From Bacilli bacterium (lineage in GTDB: Bacteria; Bacillota_I; Bacilli_A; ML615J-28; CAG-698), in the NCBI GenBank assembly GCA_017450215.1, contig JAFSVH010000014.1, positions 473-64,472 of the forward strand: 64,000 bases of DNA, written 5' to 3'. The position numbers and the translations under genes were made by a program. The notes below the pieces were generated by a model, which searched no databases, was not told the origin of the DNA, and saw only the letters and a list, made by a program, of their open reading frames with translations. Positions 18,294-27,256 of this stretch are shown here, piece after piece; positions within the stretch are counted from its first letter, which is position 1, and every line of letters begins with the position of its first letter.

Positions 18294-18322
18294 TTGACTA
18301 ATTATAACAAAAATAGTATAAT
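18294..18322 (+). promoter_or_regulatory. sigma-A type promoter of rpmE
   Basis: TTGACT (18294-18299), 17-nt spacer, TATAAT (18317-18322). Confidence 0.55.
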
Positions 18323-18378
18323 GGTTATGCTATAAGACTTTCTATGGCATAAAAATGCTATGGCGGAAGGAGATAAAC

Positions 18379-18588
18379 ATGAAAAAGAACATTCATCCTA
18401 AGTATAATACAGTTATTTGTACTTGTACTACTTGCGGTAACACATTCGAAACAGGTTCAACATTAAAAGAATTACGTGTTGATACATGCTCTAAGTGTCA
18501 TCCATTCTACACAGGACAACAAAAATTTGTTGCTGTTGCAGGTAGAGTTGAGAAATTCAATAAACGTTTAGAAAAGAAAGCTCAATAA
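18379..18588 (+). CDS. rpmE: 50S ribosomal protein L31 (zinc-ribbon form)
   Basis: MKKNIHPKY start, CxxC...CxxC cysteines, GGAAGGAG RBS. The track ORF begins 8 codons too early. Confidence 0.9.
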   Translation: MKKNIHPKYNTVICTCTTCGNTFETGSTLKELRVDTCSKCHPFYTGQQKFVAVAGRVEKFNKRLEKKAQ

Positions 18589-18633
18589 TAAATAATTATT
18601 ACATAATTATTATTACAAATAACTAATGAAAAT

Positions 18634-18661
18634 AAAAAAAGCATATCAAATGCTTTTTTTT
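18634..18661. terminator. bidirectional hairpin terminator between convergent rpmE and the rluA-family gene
   Basis: aaaaaaagcat-atcaa-atgcttttttt with A-run and T-run flanks. Confidence 0.55.
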
Positions 18662-18672
18662 ATTTTTTTTAT

Positions 18673-19389
18673 TTATATTTCTTCACTTAGCATAGACCAA
18701 TCTTTTCCAGTTGGTCTATTTTTTATTTCTATCCATTCTTGCTTTGTAGGATGTAAAAATCTAATCATATAACACCATAAACATAGATTATCTTGTTTAA
18801 TTCCACCATATTTACTATCTCCTACAACAGGATGACCTAAATATGAAAAAGATATTCTAATTTGATTATATCTACCTGTTATTAAATTCACTAATAAATA
18901 AGTATATTCTTTTCCTTTCACATTAATGTTATTGATTACTTTATATAATAATTTAGATTCTTTCCCATCTTTTTTACTAATATAGGCAACATTATTCTCT
19001 TCATCTTTTGCTATATATAAATTAAGGGCTGTCCACTCTTTATTTGCTTCTATTTTTCCTTCAACCTTCACAAGATAATATTTATTTACTTTATTTTCTC
19101 TTATCTCGTTTGATATACGTGATGCAGCCTTAGAAGTCTTAGCTAGAATCATCACTCCACCAACTCTTCGATCAAGCCTATGAACTAATCCCACATAAGC
19201 TTCTCCTGGCTTGTTGTATTTTTCTTTTAAATAATCTCCAACAATATCAGTAATACAAAAATCCCCAGTTTTATCTCTTTGACTCAATACATCACATTCT
19301 TTTACAACACTAATTATATGATTATCTTCATATAAGACATTTAAATTTTTCAAATAGTATTTTCTAGTTTTTGTCATATTCTTCTTCAA
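18673..19389 (-). CDS. RluA-family RNA pseudouridine synthase
   Basis: 238 aa. HRLDRRVGGVMILAKT catalytic-Asp motif. Lacks an N-terminal S4 domain. Confidence 0.8.
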   Translation of the reverse strand: MKKNMTKTRKYYLKNLNVLYEDNHIISVVKECDVLSQRDKTGDFCITDIVGDYLKEKYNKPGEAYVGLVHRLDRRVGGVMILAKTSKAASRISNEIRENKVNKYYLVKVEGKIEANKEWTALNLYIAKDEENNVAYISKKDGKESKLLYKVINNINVKGKEYTYLLVNLITGRYNQIRISFSYLGHPVVGDSKYGGIKQDNLCLWCYMIRFLHPTKQEWIEIKNRPTGKDWSMLSEEI

Positions 19390-20119
19390 TTAAACCTCCA
19401 ATACTAATAATGTCATCGATTGATTTAATCACATAATCTTTGTTTTGGACACAAACATGAAGATCATTTGTAAAATAAGCAAGTAAAAAATTATTAACTC
19501 TTCGATATGTAACAATATTATCATATCCGTATTCAACAACCTCTTCACCTAAATAAAAGCAGAAATTTCTAAGTTCAATAAACAATTCTCTTGCTTCACC
19601 TTTTACTTCAATTAATTTTGTTAGATCACTTCTTTTATTAATATAAGTTCTATTAACAAGCAAAGAATCATCAAACATAATAATCTCATTAAGCTCAACC
19701 TGATATGGAAGTCCTTTTAATGATTCGAAATCATATCGATGAAAATGATCACCAAGCACAATTAATCTAGGAGAATAATTAATTCGTTTAGCTTCTTCAA
19801 CTCCTAAAATGTCGTTACATAACATTTTAAATTGACTGACGTGCTTAAGAATATAATCAATAATTAAAAATCCATTTTGAACTACTTTTCCCATTTTACC
19901 AATTCGATATTCAAAAATCACTAATTGATTATTTTCATCAATACCTAAATCTTCAATATAATCTGTATTATCTTTCTCAAAATAATAATTATTAGCAATA
20001 AGGCGAATCTTAAATAATTCAAAAGAATTCTTTTCGATTACTTTCTTTAGATCTAGTTTGTTATATTTAATTGTAGATTGTTCTTTTTTCTCTTTTAAAT
20101 TAAATATTTTGTTTTTCAT
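19364..20119 (-). CDS. hypothetical protein, possible PD-(D/E)xK nuclease-fold N-terminal domain
   Basis: 251 aa. D-x(n)-E-x-K-like arrangement (GIDENNQLVIFEYRIGK). Overlaps the downstream pseudouridine synthase gene by 26 nt. No firm family assignment. Confidence 0.4.
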   Translation of the reverse strand: MKNKIFNLKEKKEQSTIKYNKLDLKKVIEKNSFELFKIRLIANNYYFEKDNTDYIEDLGIDENNQLVIFEYRIGKMGKVVQNGFLIIDYILKHVSQFKMLCNDILGVEEAKRINYSPRLIVLGDHFHRYDFESLKGLPYQVELNEIIMFDDSLLVNRTYINKRSDLTKLIEVKGEARELFIELRNFCFYLGEEVVEYGYDNIVTYRRVNNFLLAYFTNDLHVCVQNKDYVIKSIDDIISIGGLIEEEYDKN

Positions 20120-20185
20120 ATCTATTTCTCTTTGTAGATAAATTAACTTAATATAGTTATGTTTAACATATTATGTTTATTTCTT

Positions 20186-20818
20186 TTATTTAATAAATGT
20201 AGTTATAAATTCATTTGCAATGAAATAAGCACCTGCTGGAGCTGGATGAACACCATCATATAAATAATTCTCAACTCCATGTTCTTTTGTTATTTTATCT
20301 AGTTTTTCTTGTAGAGGAATAAATGGAAGCTTATATTTTTCACTTATTCTTTTTACAACTTGTGCATAATCTTTTATTTTCAAAAATTCATCATATTGAT
20401 TTTCAGTTTCAAAGCCGTATAAAACGAAGGGTTCCATTAACATTATTTTAATACCAGGAACATTTTTTTGAGTGTCTTCGATCAACATTGAGAAGACTTT
20501 TTCAAATCTTTCGATATCAACACCATCTCCTCTATCGATTTCATGCCATACATCATTAGCACCAATTAATATACAAAGATAATCTGGTTTTAAATTCCAA
20601 ACATCTCTTTTTATTCTTGCATATAAATCAACAACTCTGTTACCTGTAATACCTTTGTTAATTACTTTATATTTACCTGGATAATTGTAATCTAAATATC
20701 CCGCAACAAATTGGGGATAACCAATGCCAAATGACCATGGTTCAGTTTCATATAGTAATTTTGTTCTTCCCATATCAGTAATAGAATCACCTAAAAACAT
20801 AATAGTAGTTTTATTCAT
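20186..20818 (-). CDS. SGNH/GDSL hydrolase family protein
   Basis: FLGDSITD block I, GxND block (IGANDVW), C-terminal DGVHP block. Start set at the ATG at 20818. Confidence 0.75.
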   Translation of the reverse strand: MNKTTIMFLGDSITDMGRTKLLYETEPWSFGIGYPQFVAGYLDYNYPGKYKVINKGITGNRVVDLYARIKRDVWNLKPDYLCILIGANDVWHEIDRGDGVDIERFEKVFSMLIEDTQKNVPGIKIMLMEPFVLYGFETENQYDEFLKIKDYAQVVKRISEKYKLPFIPLQEKLDKITKEHGVENYLYDGVHPAPAGAYFIANEFITTFIK

Positions 20819-20894
20819 ATTTTGCCTTTCTTTTAAAAAACAAGATACCATAAATTATGATATCATAAATTATGATTATCTTGTTTTAATTTTT

Positions 20895-21755
20895 TTATTC
20901 TTCAGTCTTTTCTTCTTGAGATTGTACTTCTTCAACTTCAATTGAATTCTTTTGCATTTCATCTAATTCAGATGGATGAACGTAAGTAATAGGTTTCTTT
21001 ACGATATCTTTATCAACTTTCTTATAAGGCTTAATCTTTGCTTGTTCATCAACAATAGCACGTAGTGTAGCTAAATCACCTTCTAATACACAATTTTCAT
21101 CTTTAGGAACAATAATAGGTTGCTTACCAACATAGAAATAATAATATTGTGGGATTTCACAAATCTTTGTAATATATGGCCATTCGTATTTAAATGATTC
21201 ACCTTCATAATTACTAGAAACAATATAAATACCTTTATGATTAATCTTTGTTTCAATTGTAGTGATTTTATTTGTATTGTTAAAGTGAAGAGTTAAGTTA
21301 CGATCAATTCCTTTTTCATATGAAAAGAATGAATAAATTGCATAAGCAGCAAAAATTAAGAATAATACAGGAATTAAAAATATAGTCCAAGAGATTGCTT
21401 CGCCGTTTTCTTGGGCAGCTTGAATTGTTGGAATAATAGTATAGAATACTTGGAATACTGCATAACCTAAACATAAAGCAGCAAGAGCAATATATAAAAT
21501 ATTAAAGTGCTTTTGATAAACAATACTAAAAACATTGTAATATTTTAAAGTTTTGTAATCATATTTAACTGATAATTTTACATATGGGCCTTCATCTTCA
21601 GGTTCTTCTTTTAATTCTTCAAGTTCAGAAACTGTTTCTTCATTGTCAAGATTTTCTTGATTTTCTATTTTACTAGCTTCTTCATCAACTTTATATGCAT
21701 CAGATTCTTCTAATATTTCATCTTTCTTTACATTTTCATTTTGATTGTTTTCCAT
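20895..21755 (-). CDS. YcxB-like membrane protein with acidic N-terminal tail
   Basis: 286 aa. Two TM helices followed by a domain ending ...YYYFYVGKQPIIVPKD..., resembling YcxB-like domains. Family call is tentative. Confidence 0.45.
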   Translation of the reverse strand: MENNQNENVKKDEILEESDAYKVDEEASKIENQENLDNEETVSELEELKEEPEDEGPYVKLSVKYDYKTLKYYNVFSIVYQKHFNILYIALAALCLGYAVFQVFYTIIPTIQAAQENGEAISWTIFLIPVLFLIFAAYAIYSFFSYEKGIDRNLTLHFNNTNKITTIETKINHKGIYIVSSNYEGESFKYEWPYITKICEIPQYYYFYVGKQPIIVPKDENCVLEGDLATLRAIVDEQAKIKPYKKVDKDIVKKPITYVHPSELDEMQKNSIEVEEVQSQEEKTEE

Positions 21756-21943
21756 ATAGATCTCCTTTTCTTAATCATTTTTGATTATATCAATTATTGA
21801 TTATATCATTAAAAAAGTAATATTAAAAGTATTTTTATCTTTAATTATGATTAAAGCCATTATTTATGATATTTATTTTTGTATTATTTGTATTATTTAT
21901 GCTTTTATTGTATAATCTTATTAACAGAAAATGGAGGAAAAAT

Positions 21944-22753
21944 ATGAGTAATGTGAAAAAAGTTTTCATAAGCGCTGATATCGAAGGCGTTAATAATATT
22001 GTTAGTTGGGATGAAACAGAATTAAAAGATTCTGAATATACTTATTTTAGAAAACAAATGACTGAAGAAGTAAAACGTGCATGCATCGCTTGCCACGAAG
22101 CTGGTGTTGAAGAAATCTTTGTGAAAGACGCACACGATTATGCTAGAAACATCATTTTTTCTGAACTTCCAAGCTATGTAAAACTACATCGTGGTTGGGA
22201 AGGTGGACCATGCTCAATGATGGCTGGTCTTGATAGTTCATTTGATTGTGTTATGTTTATCGGTTATCATAGCCCATCAAAATCAGATGGAAACCCACTT
22301 GCACACACAATGAATACAAGAATTAATTATGTGAAGATTAATGGTGAAATTGCTAGTGAATTTTTAATCAATTCATTATATGCTTCATACCTTGGAGTAC
22401 CAATTGCATTTTTAAGTGGTGATGAAAACATGACTAAACTTGCAAAACAAGCAAATCCTAATATCAAAACAGTAGCTACAAAGGTTGGTAGTCATGGTGC
22501 TGTTATATCAGAACATCCAGAAGTTACAAACAAAAGAATTGAAGAACAAGTTAAACTTGCTTTAGAAGGTGATTTATCACAAAACATCGTTTTACTTCCT
22601 AAAAAGATAGAAATTGAAGTTGATTATAAAACACACAAAGAAGCTTATTCAGCTTCATTCTTCCCTGGATGTAAATTAAAAACATCATCTTCAATTGAAT
22701 TCAAAACAAATGATTACGCTAAAGCAATCGTAATGATGAAATTTACATTATAA
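21944..22753 (+). CDS. dppA: M55 family D-aminopeptidase (DppA-like)
   Basis: KVFISADIEGV start block, GYHS block. ATG at 21944 preceded by GGAGG (the track ORF starts 26 codons upstream in AT-rich spacer). Confidence 0.75.
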   Translation: MSNVKKVFISADIEGVNNIVSWDETELKDSEYTYFRKQMTEEVKRACIACHEAGVEEIFVKDAHDYARNIIFSELPSYVKLHRGWEGGPCSMMAGLDSSFDCVMFIGYHSPSKSDGNPLAHTMNTRINYVKINGEIASEFLINSLYASYLGVPIAFLSGDENMTKLAKQANPNIKTVATKVGSHGAVISEHPEVTNKRIEEQVKLALEGDLSQNIVLLPKKIEIEVDYKTHKEAYSASFFPGCKLKTSSSIEFKTNDYAKAIVMMKFTL

Positions 22754-22761
22754 AATAAATA

Positions 22762-22794
22762 AGAGTACTACTTTTAAAAGGTAGTACTCTTTTT
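22762..22794. terminator. hairpin terminator between convergent dppA and the aspartase-like gene
   Basis: agagtactac-(9 nt)-gtagtactct followed by tttt. Confidence 0.6.
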
Positions 22795-22819
22795 AGTAAT
22801 TTAATTATTTATAATTTTA

Positions 22820-24208
22820 TTATTTATCTTGAAATTTAATAAAGCCTGGTTTTGCGAAATCAGCATTAGCTTTAAATATTTCAATTTCTTCCTTAGAGAT
22901 TAATTTACGTTCTAACAAGATATCAGTTGTTTTTCTATTTGTTCTTCTTGCTTCTTGTATAATTTCTCTTGTCTTATCATAGCCAAGCTTTGATTGTAAG
23001 CTTGTGATAATGAAATTAGCATAAATTTCATTATCTTGAAGACCTATTACTTCAAGCCCTTCAAGGCACTTTTCTCTTAATACTCTAATTGTTCTTCTAA
23101 TAAAATTTAGATTTTCAAATAAGCAAGCAAGTACGATTGGAATATTAACATTAAATTCCATTTCACCTGCAGCTGCACAACGACAAATTGTAAGATCATT
23201 ACCTTCAATATAATAAACAACTTGAGCAACCATTTCTAATACTACTGGAGTTACTTTACCAGGAGTAAAAGATGAACCAGATTGAACCTCAGGAAGCTTA
23301 ACGGTATTAAAGCAACAAGCATTAAGCTTTAAATCATTTGCTATTTTTTGTAAATCAAGAGCAAATGTTTTAATTGTAGTAGATAGCCATACAAAGGAAT
23401 CTAAGCCTCTTGTACAGTCAATCATATTCTTTGATTGATAAAAATCTTCACCACTAAATTCAGATAAATATCTTACAACACGTCTAACATATTTAGGATC
23501 AGCATTATATCCTGTTCCAATAATTGTTCCACCTAAATTAACTTCTAGCATTCCTTGCATTGCTTGAGTTATTCTTTTCATATCTTTTTCAATACTATAT
23601 TGGGTTGCTGAAAAGAGCTTACCATATGTTACAGGAACTGAATCATTTAAATGGGTTTTTGCTGTTGTAATTACACTATCGTATTTCTTTGCTAATTCTT
23701 CATAAGCATTAGCAAATTTTTTCATTTCAACTAGCAATTTCTTTGTTAAAACAATGGCAGCAAATTTACCTGCTGTTGGCACTACATCATTAGTAGATTG
23801 ACATAAATTAACTTGATCAATTGGATGAATTGGATTATATGATCCCTTTGGTTTACCTAGCATTTCATTAGCACGATTAGCAATAACTTCATTTGCATTC
23901 ATGTTCATGCTAGTTCCACCACCACCTTGAACTAAATCAGTTATAAATTGGCCATGAAGTCTTCCATTAAATATTTCATCACATGTTAGTGATATAGCAT
24001 TATAAACTTCATCACTCAAATAGCCACATTCATAATTGGCTTTAGCTGCAGCTTTTTTTACAACTGCTAAACCTTTTATCATTTGACGTGATATTGGTCT
24101 TTTCGCAATATCGAAATTTTCCATAGAACGTAATGTTTGTATACCATAATACGCTTCTATCGGAACTTCTTTTTCGCCTAAATCATCTTTTTCTATTCTT
24201 ACTTTCAT
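22820..24208 (-). CDS. aspartate ammonia-lyase / fumarase superfamily protein with atypical SS-loop
   Basis: 462 aa. GGGTSMNMNANEVIANRA, CQSTNDVVPTA and THLNDSVP blocks align with aspartase, but the signature loop reads GSSFTPGKVTPV rather than GSSIMPxKVNPV. Confidence 0.75.
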   Translation of the reverse strand: MKVRIEKDDLGEKEVPIEAYYGIQTLRSMENFDIAKRPISRQMIKGLAVVKKAAAKANYECGYLSDEVYNAISLTCDEIFNGRLHGQFITDLVQGGGGTSMNMNANEVIANRANEMLGKPKGSYNPIHPIDQVNLCQSTNDVVPTAGKFAAIVLTKKLLVEMKKFANAYEELAKKYDSVITTAKTHLNDSVPVTYGKLFSATQYSIEKDMKRITQAMQGMLEVNLGGTIIGTGYNADPKYVRRVVRYLSEFSGEDFYQSKNMIDCTRGLDSFVWLSTTIKTFALDLQKIANDLKLNACCFNTVKLPEVQSGSSFTPGKVTPVVLEMVAQVVYYIEGNDLTICRCAAAGEMEFNVNIPIVLACLFENLNFIRRTIRVLREKCLEGLEVIGLQDNEIYANFIITSLQSKLGYDKTREIIQEARRTNRKTTDILLERKLISKEEIEIFKANADFAKPGFIKFQDK

Positions 24209-24229
24209 TTCACACCTATCTATTTATCA

Positions 24230-25228
24230 TTAGTTATGTTTATTATTAAAATTCTTCTTCATATCAGCAAATGAACATGCAACATTGAAGCCAGCACCTA
24301 AATAAATATATCTTGCAGGATTATCAAGACCTGTAAATAATGTCATATAATCAGAATCTAAATTCTTTAATTCTTTACAAAGTGTTGCAAATACTGCTGT
24401 ACCTAAGCCTTTACCTCTAACTTCAGGAGAAACACAAATTCCATCTAGATGTCCTCTACCTGATGCTTCTCTATAAATTGAGCCTGTCCAACCTACCATC
24501 TTTCCATGATCACTTGCTACAACAAAAGGATATGGTTTTTCTCTCTTTAAATTATATTGAATAGAATAAGCAAATCCTGGATTATTGATAATATTACAGA
24601 ATTCATCAACACCATAATGTTTATCTTTATCATATAATTCAACAGTAATTCCTTCTTCTTCATTCTTCTTGATTATGTCAACAACTTTTTGTGGGAATTC
24701 ATAAGTCTTAAGATTTACATGGAATCCTTCATGAATACTATTAACAAAATAACCATGATGATATAAGAAAATATAGAATTCACTATTAATTCTTACACCA
24801 GGACAACCTGGATGCATATGTTTATCAGTATGAGGAATATACCATGGATAATTTACTCCACCAAGGAATACAACTCTTGATCCACCTAAACCTTTTTCTT
24901 TTATAAAATTATGAGCTAACTCTAATAATTTAGATCCAATTCCTTCTCTTCTACGTTCTTTCTTTACGATTAATGTATGAACATAACCACATGCTTTTTC
25001 GTTACCTAAATCACTATCACGAACATTAGCACTAACAAAACCAACTAGATCATCTCCATCAACAGCTAAAAATGTACCTTCTTTTTGAAATCCTCTACTA
25101 GAAAATAATAAACCAAAAAATTCTTCTTTTGTTAAATCCTTATAGAAGTTTTCTTCTTTTTGAAAATCGCTAAATAATTCATATACATTATCATTGTATT
25201 TTTCATCATAATTTAAATATTTAACCAT
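24230..25228 (-). CDS. tandem-domain GNAT N-acetyltransferase
   Basis: 332 aa. Two acetyl-CoA binding blocks (RREGIGSKLLE and RGKGLGTAVF), one in each half. Confidence 0.7.
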   Translation of the reverse strand: MVKYLNYDEKYNDNVYELFSDFQKEENFYKDLTKEEFFGLLFSSRGFQKEGTFLAVDGDDLVGFVSANVRDSDLGNEKACGYVHTLIVKKERRREGIGSKLLELAHNFIKEKGLGGSRVVFLGGVNYPWYIPHTDKHMHPGCPGVRINSEFYIFLYHHGYFVNSIHEGFHVNLKTYEFPQKVVDIIKKNEEEGITVELYDKDKHYGVDEFCNIINNPGFAYSIQYNLKREKPYPFVVASDHGKMVGWTGSIYREASGRGHLDGICVSPEVRGKGLGTAVFATLCKELKNLDSDYMTLFTGLDNPARYIYLGAGFNVACSFADMKKNFNNKHN

Positions 25229-25349
25229 ATTATTTTTTCCTCACTTTTTTCTATATATTCAATTATACTTTATTTATTACTTATAAGCAAACAAAAATAA
25301 AAAAATGGCTTTAAACACTTAAAACCACTTAAGAAACTATATAATGAAA

Positions 25350-25424
25350 TGGCAGGGCTTACTAGATTCGAACTAGTGAGTGTCAGAGTCAAAGTCTGAT
25401 GCCTTACCGCTTGGCTAAAGCCCT
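25350..25424 (-). tRNA. tRNA-Gln (anticodon UUG), CCA encoded
   Basis: Minus strand AGGGCTT TA GCCAAGCGGTAAGGC A TCAGA CTTTGAC TCTGA CACTC ACTAG TTCGAAT CTAGT AAGCCCT G CCA folds as a 75-nt cloverleaf. Confidence 0.9.
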
Positions 25425-25431
25425 AAAAAAA

Positions 25432-25516
25432 TGGTGGAGAGAGATGGATTCGAACCATCGAACTCGGTGAGAGCGGATTTACAGTCCGCCGCGTTTAGCC
25501 TCTTCGCTATCTCTCC
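25432..25516 (-). tRNA. tRNA-Tyr (anticodon GUA), long variable arm, CCA encoded
   Basis: Minus strand GGAGAGA TA GCGAAGAGGCTAAACGC G GCGGA CTGTAAA TCCGC TCTCACCGAGTTC GATGG TTCGAAT CCATC TCTCTCC A CCA, 85 nt. Confidence 0.9.
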
Positions 25517-25553
25517 ACGCTTTATAGCAACTTGTTTTACAAACTGCTATACC

Positions 25554-25582
25554 ATTTTAATATATTTTATCTTTTTTGTCAA
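25554..25582 (-). promoter_or_regulatory. sigma-A type promoter for the tRNA-Tyr/tRNA-Gln pair
   Basis: Minus strand TTGACA, 17-nt spacer, TAAAAT, about 35 nt upstream of the tRNA-Tyr 5' end. Confidence 0.5.
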
Positions 25583-25596
25583 TCAAAAAAGAAAAA

Positions 25597-26529
25597 TTAT
25601 CTAAATATTTTTTTAAGGACATATAAATTGTTAATCATTAAATCATAATAATCGAATTCTTGCGTTTCTATAGTTAAAGTAGATATTGGATCTAAATATA
25701 CAACTTCACAGCCTAATTCATTTACAAAGCTATCAACACTAGAGCATACTGATTCATTTTTGGTAACAACAATATACTCAATACCTAAACTCTTTGCTTC
25801 TTCCATTGTATTAATCATATGGATAGGATTGATATCACAACTCTCGTTATCAACTCTAGTTTTAATTCTAGTTAGTTCATATCTCTTTGCAAGGTAAAGA
25901 TAAGCATCATGATCTACAAGCATAGTTCTAAATTCAAAGTCTTGTAATTCCTCTTGATATTTTTTATCAATCTTGTCTAAGATATCTAAGACATTAGCTA
26001 AATTAGCTTCATAATATGTAGTATTATCTGGATCAATTTCACATACTTCTTTAGATATAATTTTTGCCATCTTTTGCATCAAGATAGGATCTAACCAAAT
26101 ATGCAAGTCAACTGTCATACCATGATCTTCTGTTGTTTCATATTCTTCTGTAACACTATCATATAATCTAACATTTTTAGTTAATTCGACTGTCTTTAAA
26201 TCACTATTTGCCAAAACTGTTGTTTTAGCACTACTAATAAAAGCTTCTAATCTATCACTAATATAAAATAATAATTTAGCTTTAGACATTTTAACTAATA
26301 CTTTCATATCACCATCAACAACTGGATCATATTCATGGACATCAATTCCATCAGGGTATAATTGTTTTACAACCATCTTATCCCCAACAATTTTTTGTGT
26401 TAAATAATACATTGGATAAATAGAGGCATAAATATCAACTTCTTCATCATCTCCATTGCATGATGTTGTTAAGCACATTATAAAGATACATAAAGGTATT
26501 AATACAAATAATAATAATTTCTTTTTCAT
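25597..26529 (-). CDS. metal (Zn/Mn-type) ABC transporter substrate-binding lipoprotein, ZnuA/TroA family
   Basis: 310 aa. Lipobox LTTSC. Blocks IYASIYPMYYL, DVHEYDP, DLHIWLDP and DHDAYLYLAKRY typical of cluster-9 solute-binding proteins. Confidence 0.75.
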   Translation of the reverse strand: MKKKLLLFVLIPLCIFIMCLTTSCNGDDEEVDIYASIYPMYYLTQKIVGDKMVVKQLYPDGIDVHEYDPVVDGDMKVLVKMSKAKLLFYISDRLEAFISSAKTTVLANSDLKTVELTKNVRLYDSVTEEYETTEDHGMTVDLHIWLDPILMQKMAKIISKEVCEIDPDNTTYYEANLANVLDILDKIDKKYQEELQDFEFRTMLVDHDAYLYLAKRYELTRIKTRVDNESCDINPIHMINTMEEAKSLGIEYIVVTKNESVCSSVDSFVNELGCEVVYLDPISTLTIETQEFDYYDLMINNLYVLKKIFR

Positions 26530-26576
26530 AAATTTAAACTCCTCATTATTTTTATAATTATTATTTTTTATGATTA

Positions 26577-27140
26577 TTATTTTTTATGATTATTAATTAT
26601 ATAATCTAATTCTTCTTCAAAATGATCAAATTGCATAATTTTATAATTGTATGGTGTATTTTTGATATCAACAACTGCTAATTCTGATTCATTTAAATAC
26701 ATCACAATTCCTTCGACACTTCGATAAAGTAATATAACCTTTAAAGCTTTACTATCTCCTTCAATATCATTTTTCAAATAATGTTTCAAATCATCTAAGA
26801 AGGCTTTATTAGGATATACCCTTCCATGATTGGATTTACTTCCCCCATAATTTAAAACTCATGTTTCTTTTGCATTAATACAAATTTGTGAATTGCTAGG
26901 CACAAAATAATACTTTATATAAATATGAAGGTCATCGAATTTTAGTATATAATCATATTCTTTCTTCTTTTTTGCGTTCTTATTTACATCTATTAGCTCA
27001 TATTTATTTTTACCAAATTGTAAATCAAATAATAATTTATAAATGTTTTTCTTTTTTCTTTTTTTAATTATAAATGACAAAACTAAAATTAGTATTAATA
27101 ATACGCCTATTATTATTAAAAAATAATATATCCATTTCAT
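26577..27140 (-). pseudogene. membrane-anchored hypothetical gene interrupted by one in-frame TGA
   Basis: Track ORFs 26859..27140 and 26577..26789 are in the same frame. The 23 codons between them (VLNYGGSKSNHGRVYPNKAFLDD) contain no stop. The only interruption is TGA at 26859-26861. The downstream ORF starts at TTG with no RBS. Confidence 0.5.
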
Positions 27141-27191
27141 AATCTCACCTTGTTATGATTATACACTATAACAACTCAATAATCAAATATC

Positions 27192-27220
27192 TTCACTTTT
27201 AGATTTAATTATGTTATAAT
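27192..27220 (+). promoter_or_regulatory. promoter of lysS
   Basis: TTCACT, 17-nt spacer, TATAAT with TGt extended -10. Confidence 0.45.
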
Positions 27221-27256
27221 CGATTATAATCAATACAAATTAGGAGGAATTTATAA

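Noticed and set aside
26856-26861. The in-frame TGA as evidence for genetic code 4 (TGA = Trp) or selenocysteine.
   Set aside because: Long conserved genes in the window (ftsH, nifJ, lysS, sufB and others) are unbroken under the standard code, and at least two genes terminate at TGA, so TGA is not a general sense codon. There is no hairpin immediately 3' of the TGA and no redox-motif context, so selenocysteine is unsupported.
27141-27256. Possible T-box riboswitch upstream of lysS.
   Set aside because: The spacer is only about 115 nt and is largely taken up by the promoter. There is no room for stem I, a specifier loop and an antiterminator, and I saw no T-box consensus.
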